20,000 nucleotides of DNA. It comes from an uncultured virus (IMG/VR IMGVR_UViG_3300009158_000042) (taxonomy: Duplodnaviria; Heunggongvirae; Uroviricota; Caudoviricetes). Where the stretch lies: IMG/VR virus record IMGVR_UViG_3300009158_000042. One strand, given 5' to 3'. The notes below the pieces were generated by a model, which did not search any database, was not told the DNA's origin, and worked only from the letters and a program-made list of their open reading frames with translations. The position numbers and the translations under genes were made by a program. This document shows, piece after piece, positions 15,720 to 20,000 of the stretch (position 1 is its first letter; the number at the start of each line of letters is the position of its first letter).

Positions 15720-17069
15720 TTAGGCTTCTGGAGCGCCGTCGAATGTTACTTTGACGAATGCTTCTGGGCGCTTGACTGCAAGTGCAAGACGCTGTTCAGC
15801 AAGAACAACGATTGCGTTACGTACGAAGAAGTCGCTATGCTGTTCAGAAATTCTGATGCTAGCTTCTTCACGGTCGTACAATTGAGCACCAGTACCGAAG
15901 GCACCGACGAGTGCGACTCCTTCTGCGATTGCTGGAGTGTCAACCAATGGCATGCGCCAAACTTTTGGCTCGCCGCCCATTGCAACTGAAACTGCGATGA
16001 GGTATTGGCCATTCTTGTCCTTGGTCAATTCGATATCTTCCCAGTCGTTCGGGTGAAGAACAACGCCGGAAGGCTCGTAGTATGCAAGGTACGACAAGGT
16101 AGCCGCACGACGGATTGAGTCTGCCTTGGTGTCGGGCACTGGTAATGTTGCACCTTCTGACCATGAGTACTCCTGGATGTTTGGAGTCTGGAGAACACCG
16201 AGAAGGTTTTCGCCAGTTCCGTCACCGTTAAGGATTTGTGAATCCTCAAGAAGGCGGAGACCGTACATCAACTCGTTATCAATGATTGAACGAAGCTGTG
16301 GCTCGTCTGCAAGAACATTACGGTGCGCTGCTTCCCAGTGTGCGAGTGTACGCACTGGAGCTTGCTCACCAATGAAGTTGAATGACGACTGTGGCTTTGC
16401 TGCGAATGCTGAACCGTTACGCTCAGCTACTGCTGCCGCGTTATTTGTACCGCCACCGGTGAGGGTGGTGAAGCCAAGCTGGCGGAAGTATTCGATTACC
16501 TGTGCGTTTGTCTTGCGAACTGGGAACAAGTCACGAACACGCTTTGTACGCATTGGAGGGATAACGATTGAGTCACGCTGGATTGAACCGAAAACCGCAT
16601 CTGCACCACGGGCCATTGAGCCTGAAGGCATACCTGAGAAAACGTCTTTAACGTTGTACGAGGTAAGAGATGCTGAAATCTGCCAAGGAGCAGGCATGTT
16701 AGCGCCATTACGGCCACCGTTCAGTGCCTTGAACTCAGCGGAATCGGTGAACATTTGACCAATGCTCTTGATTTCGCGTGAGGAAAGCTGATTGATGTCT
16801 GCAGACGAAGCTGCATATGCTGAACCAACAGAACCAGATGCTGGCTCTGAAGACCAGCTATCAACGTTGTCCATGGTCTGAAGGTCACCAAGGAGAGACT
16901 TAATCTCTTTGATGTCACGCATGTTCTTGTCGAACGCGCTCTTCTGCTCGGTTGAAACGATAACTGTACCGTCTTCAATTTTGAATGAATCTGCGATGGC
17001 TTTATTATCTGCCATCTTTGTGCGAAGAGCTGATTGTAGCTCTTCTACGCGGGCTTTGTCTTGCGACAT
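15720..17069 (-). CDS. Major capsid protein, HK97 fold, with N-terminal delta (scaffold) domain
   Basis: Helical N-terminus, KSIGQMF..SAEFKA, AKPQS, LAHW, QILNGDGTGENLLG, VLHPNDW, FVRNAIVVLAEQRLALAVKRPEAF; strong AGGAG Shine-Dalgarno and downstream terminator. Confidence 0.95.
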   Translation of the reverse strand: MSQDKARVEELQSALRTKMADNKAIADSFKIEDGTVIVSTEQKSAFDKNMRDIKEIKSLLGDLQTMDNVDSWSSEPASGSVGSAYAASSADINQLSSREIKSIGQMFTDSAEFKALNGGRNGANMPAPWQISASLTSYNVKDVFSGMPSGSMARGADAVFGSIQRDSIVIPPMRTKRVRDLFPVRKTNAQVIEYFRQLGFTTLTGGGTNNAAAVAERNGSAFAAKPQSSFNFIGEQAPVRTLAHWEAAHRNVLADEPQLRSIIDNELMYGLRLLEDSQILNGDGTGENLLGVLQTPNIQEYSWSEGATLPVPDTKADSIRRAATLSYLAYYEPSGVVLHPNDWEDIELTKDKNGQYLIAVSVAMGGEPKVWRMPLVDTPAIAEGVALVGAFGTGAQLYDREEASIRISEQHSDFFVRNAIVVLAEQRLALAVKRPEAFVKVTFDGAPEA

Positions 17070-17119
17070 TGTGTACTCCTGTATGGGTAAAAGGGTTGGG
17101 TTTTTAAGGTTTTGTTTTC

Positions 17120-17165
17120 ACCAGCCTTAGGTAAGCACCCAGCCCTGGTACTACCAAAAGTAACA
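17120..17165 (-). promoter_or_regulatory. Capsid gene promoter (TGtTACTTT) followed by a 5'-terminal hairpin
   Basis: Extended -10 at 17157-17165; hairpin ACCAG...TGGGT-GCTT-ACCTA...CTGGT begins about 7 nt downstream. Confidence 0.45.
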
Positions 17166-17194
17166 CGCCGAAAGTATGGTTTAGTGGAACTAAT

Positions 17195-17225
17195 AATATT
17201 TACGCAAATAAAGTGTGTAAATATT
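17195..17225. repeat. AT-rich inverted repeat (12-bp arms, 7-bp spacer)
   Basis: AATATTTACGCA-aataaag-TGTGTAAATATT, 11 of 12 Watson-Crick pairs. Confidence 0.7.
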
Positions 17226-17251
17226 TATAGCGACAAAAACGTATACAGCAA

Positions 17252-17983
17252 TTACTGTTTCTTAATAGGCTTTTTCTTGAGGTTTTCGCGCATCACGGTA
17301 CGTACAGCTGTCTCAATATTTCTCTGCTGCCTAACACCCATGTTATGTCGTCCAAGGTCTGTAGAGCCAGCCCTGTTTGCGTAGTCAGACATGTTGGTGC
17401 ATGGCATCCAAACCGCACGACCTGTTTTCGATATTCGCCTACTCACGCCAATGCATCCCATTTCACGGGCTTTTTGACGTGCTGATTCGATATCCATAAA
17501 AACATTAGAGTCATTATCTCTGACGTATTCGGGACCGGCGGTCTTGCCTGATTTTTTAACGGAATCATTTGCTCTTGGCTTGTATCCATTTGTCATTGGG
17601 GGAACAATCCCCCCACCAAAAGCGGTAACCGTATTGCCAAAAGTATCTAACGATTCCTTGACAGCTACAGAGTTGGTGCCACTAACTAGTCCACCACCGG
17701 GAAGGGTATCTATGGCCAGAACTGGACGTTCACGCAGCCTTTCCCAACCGTCTTCTCTTCTTTTTTTACGTTTTGCAGTCATTCCATCTTTTTCGGCCCT
17801 TGGATTAGGAACAACAGAACGCCATTTCGACCCCTCTGCCATCGTGGAAATTCTGTCAAGTTCAGTTGGAGACGAACAGGGGTTCCACTTATTGTCTTTA
17901 TCTAGATGAGCGCCGGAACAGCCGATGTCTTTTGCAAGTCTAAGGGCTTGCATCTTTGGCGTTATTGATTCAACGTTTTTCAT
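17252..17983 (-). CDS. Protein with two DUF3721-like (GCxG...WxPC) repeats
   Basis: AKDIGCSGAH...WNPC and AREMGCIGVS...WMPC; the DUF label is from memory. Confidence 0.7.
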   Translation of the reverse strand: MKNVESITPKMQALRLAKDIGCSGAHLDKDNKWNPCSSPTELDRISTMAEGSKWRSVVPNPRAEKDGMTAKRKKRREDGWERLRERPVLAIDTLPGGGLVSGTNSVAVKESLDTFGNTVTAFGGGIVPPMTNGYKPRANDSVKKSGKTAGPEYVRDNDSNVFMDIESARQKAREMGCIGVSRRISKTGRAVWMPCTNMSDYANRAGSTDLGRHNMGVRQQRNIETAVRTVMRENLKKKPIKKQ

Positions 17984-18713
17984 TTTTTTGCAACCTTGAC
18001 TGAATTGACATTTTTATTTTTTCTGACATGTCAATATCTTCTTTAGTTTCTGTTTCAGCAATAGATTTAACTCTTCGCTCAACTCTTCTTGAACTGCTTT
18101 TTTCTTCAAGTTTTGAACTGTTATTCAAGAATCTTCTCATGGAGCCTTTACCTACAGACAGCATAAGTTTTTCTACTGTGTACTGGGAGAGCGCATCGTT
18201 CTTGCGATGAGTGAAAACGTTACTGCTCTTGTTGAATCCTATGTTTATGCCATCTATTGCTGCTATAGCAGTAGATGTTTTAGATGCAAGATTAAATTTT
18301 TTGGCTTTATAGTTGACAATATTTGACTTGTCTTCGCTATTTTTAAATATATTCATCGGGGCAGAAGAAGATGGAATATTCTTCTTTGTGCCAAGCAAGT
18401 TTCTGCCAACATGAAGCATTGGGGACTGTTCGGTAGTCTTTGTTGACCCAATTTGCTTTATTGTTTTTTCATAGACATCACCAAATGAGCTATTCAGCAT
18501 TTCTTCCATCTGCGGGTTTACTTCTCTAAATGGAGTAAGCATAAAACCTTCAGGAATTTGTTTTGTGTCTATTGAACCGAATCTAGACATGTCAGTGGCT
18601 ATTGATTTTCCAAATTCTGTAATGCCCTCAACATTTAAGGAGCTATCTTCTTTGATGAGGATTGCATGAGGAGTATTTCCAAACACGTCTTTGATTATTG
18701 ATACATGTTTCAT
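17970..18713 (-). CDS. Hypothetical protein (head-gene region)
   Basis: ATG 18713 overlaps the upstream stop (TAATG); no family recognised. Confidence 0.7.
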   Translation of the reverse strand: MKHVSIIKDVFGNTPHAILIKEDSSLNVEGITEFGKSIATDMSRFGSIDTKQIPEGFMLTPFREVNPQMEEMLNSSFGDVYEKTIKQIGSTKTTEQSPMLHVGRNLLGTKKNIPSSSAPMNIFKNSEDKSNIVNYKAKKFNLASKTSTAIAAIDGINIGFNKSSNVFTHRKNDALSQYTVEKLMLSVGKGSMRRFLNNSSKLEEKSSSRRVERRVKSIAETETKEDIDMSEKIKMSIQSRLQKNEKR

Positions 18714-20000
18714 TATGCAGTTCCCTTCATTAGCCACTTCAACACGTTTTTCTGAGAAGAAAGAGTGTTTAGTCTATTTGTGTATAGTTTTTGAATAATA
18801 TTCAAGTGAAGTTTTTCTCCAGTTGATATCCCGTATTTATCAAGATTATTTGAAAATCTACTCACATTAAAAGAACGAGCTTTAGCTATCAGGGAGTCAA
18901 TCATTTGAATATAGGCAACGCGTTGAGTGGCTTGAAGCTGCATGTAATACTGAGAGTAGGCAGGTATTAAGGTACTCTCAAAATAGGACTCAAGCCTTAT
19001 TTTGTTTCTTTGTGTTACTGATATCTTGTCGAGGTCAATAAGTCCTGAAGTTGAGTTTTGTCCAAGAACAAGACGCGCACCGTCAGGTGTCTCTACTGGA
19101 TAGATGGAAGACATTGGCCTGTCTCTTTGGTCGGTGAGAAAATCTGAAATCATCATTCTTGCAACATCCTGAGGAGGTAAATCTGCAAACTTTATATCTG
19201 GATTGAACTTCCCGCCAGGAATGGCAGACTGCACTTCTTGGCGAAGAAACTTTCTTTTATCCCCTGGAGGGCCAGCAAATATAACATCTGGAGACTCAAG
19301 GCCTAAATGTTGTTGCAGGTCAGATGCAAATCTTTCTCCAATGTGTTGGAAGTCTTTTGGTCTTTCGTAGAGGAAATACTTGTTCCCCCCAGCGGTTACA
19401 GCGGTTATGCCGTTTGCCATCTTTTGACTTTGCACTACATTTGACTGGGATAGTACTTTTGCCAAGATGTCGGGAGATATATCCGCGAGGCTTCCTCCGT
19501 CAGCTATGTGGTTTATAGCTTCATCAAGATTCCCTATCATTTCAGACGAACCAGCAAAACTAACCGTATTTCTTGCCGTACTGGATTCAATAGTCTGGGG
19601 AACTTCTCTCTTGGGGTTTGAGAATAACTGGTTTGCCCATCTGACGGTTCTTCCAGACCTTTCATTTGGGTTAGGGATGTTTATAAAGTTCTCAGTAAAC
19701 TTTATGCCATCTCCAATTTCTGCAGAAATACTTCTTAGACGAACAGATGGGTCATTTGCATTTGGAATAGCTTGAGATGAACTAACTAGTCTTCCAAGTT
19801 TTCTGCGTTCCCCAACTGTTAGTTGACGAGCTTTTTCTATCGAGATTGTAGAACCACCTGGAAGTACGTAAACAAGTTTTCCAACCCCCGTGTTGGAGAG
19901 CATGCCTAGTTCTTCTCCACCAATATCCCTCGGAGATAGGGCTGACATAATAAATGCCGCCCCTTCCATGTCTCTATTGTCAGGTATCGCACGAAGCACT
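18713..20000 (-). CDS. 3' part of a large protein with a degenerate HipA/PI3K-like kinase-fold domain
   Basis: Frame open to the window edge; GNKYFLY...IGERFASDLQQHLGLESPDV...MMISDFLTDQRDRP resembles the HipA-type E.la..l...LGl..P...D.l..N.DRH pattern. Confidence 0.7.
   Translation of the reverse strand, partial: VLRAIPDNRDMEGAAFIMSALSPRDIGGEELGMLSNTGVGKLVYVLPGGSTISIEKARQLTVGERRKLGRLVSSSQAIPNANDPSVRLRSISAEIGDGIKFTENFINIPNPNERSGRTVRWANQLFSNPKREVPQTIESSTARNTVSFAGSSEMIGNLDEAINHIADGGSLADISPDILAKVLSQSNVVQSQKMANGITAVTAGGNKYFLYERPKDFQHIGERFASDLQQHLGLESPDVIFAGPPGDKRKFLRQEVQSAIPGGKFNPDIKFADLPPQDVARMMISDFLTDQRDRPMSSIYPVETPDGARLVLGQNSTSGLIDLDKISVTQRNKIRLESYFESTLIPAYSQYYMQLQATQRVAYIQMIDSLIAKARSFNVSRFSNNLDKYGISTGEKLHLNIIQKLYTNRLNTLSSQKNVLKWLMKGTA

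Noticed and set aside
15746..17909. Overlapping ORFs within and around the capsid gene (for example 16126-16758 +, 17112-17384 +, 17544-17909 +)
   Set aside because: They are antisense or alternate-frame shadows of strongly biased coding sequence, lacking translation signals or motifs.
19850..20000. Possible degenerate JAB/RadC-like segment (DMEGAAFIMSALSPRDIGGEELGML...)
   Set aside because: There are no HxH metal ligands and the segment is cut by the window edge; the resemblance is too weak to call.
1..20000. CRISPR array, IS element or stop-codon reassignment
   Set aside because: No regularly spaced direct repeats or transposase were seen; genes are full length in the standard code and end in TAA, TAG and TGA.

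Overview
Segment of a large tailed dsDNA bacteriophage, most likely with an actinobacterial host (WhiB gene, several apparently leaderless genes). The supplied ORF track misses the most notable gene. It is an uninterrupted minus-strand ORF from ATG 3805 running off the left edge (>1268 aa). Its modules (leader, ART-like domain, DUF3626/ART-like domain, complete DEDDh exonuclease, next module) are each separated by the pentapeptide [R/K]-[L/M]-S-S-G, which suggests a processed, possibly virion-delivered effector polyprotein. The rest of the window holds: RHH and HTH proteins, a primase-helicase, WhiB, a histone-H1-like protein, a class II ribonucleotide reductase, two tandem HNH endonucleases, tRNA-Arg(UCU) and tRNA-Asn(GUU). 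It ends with a minus-strand head region containing an HK97-type major capsid protein, Dps, a Cys-rich protein, a thermonuclease, a 2OG-Fe(II) hydroxylase, modular small-domain proteins and a partial gene with a degenerate kinase-like domain. Family assignments come from motif recognition by eye; no searches were run.
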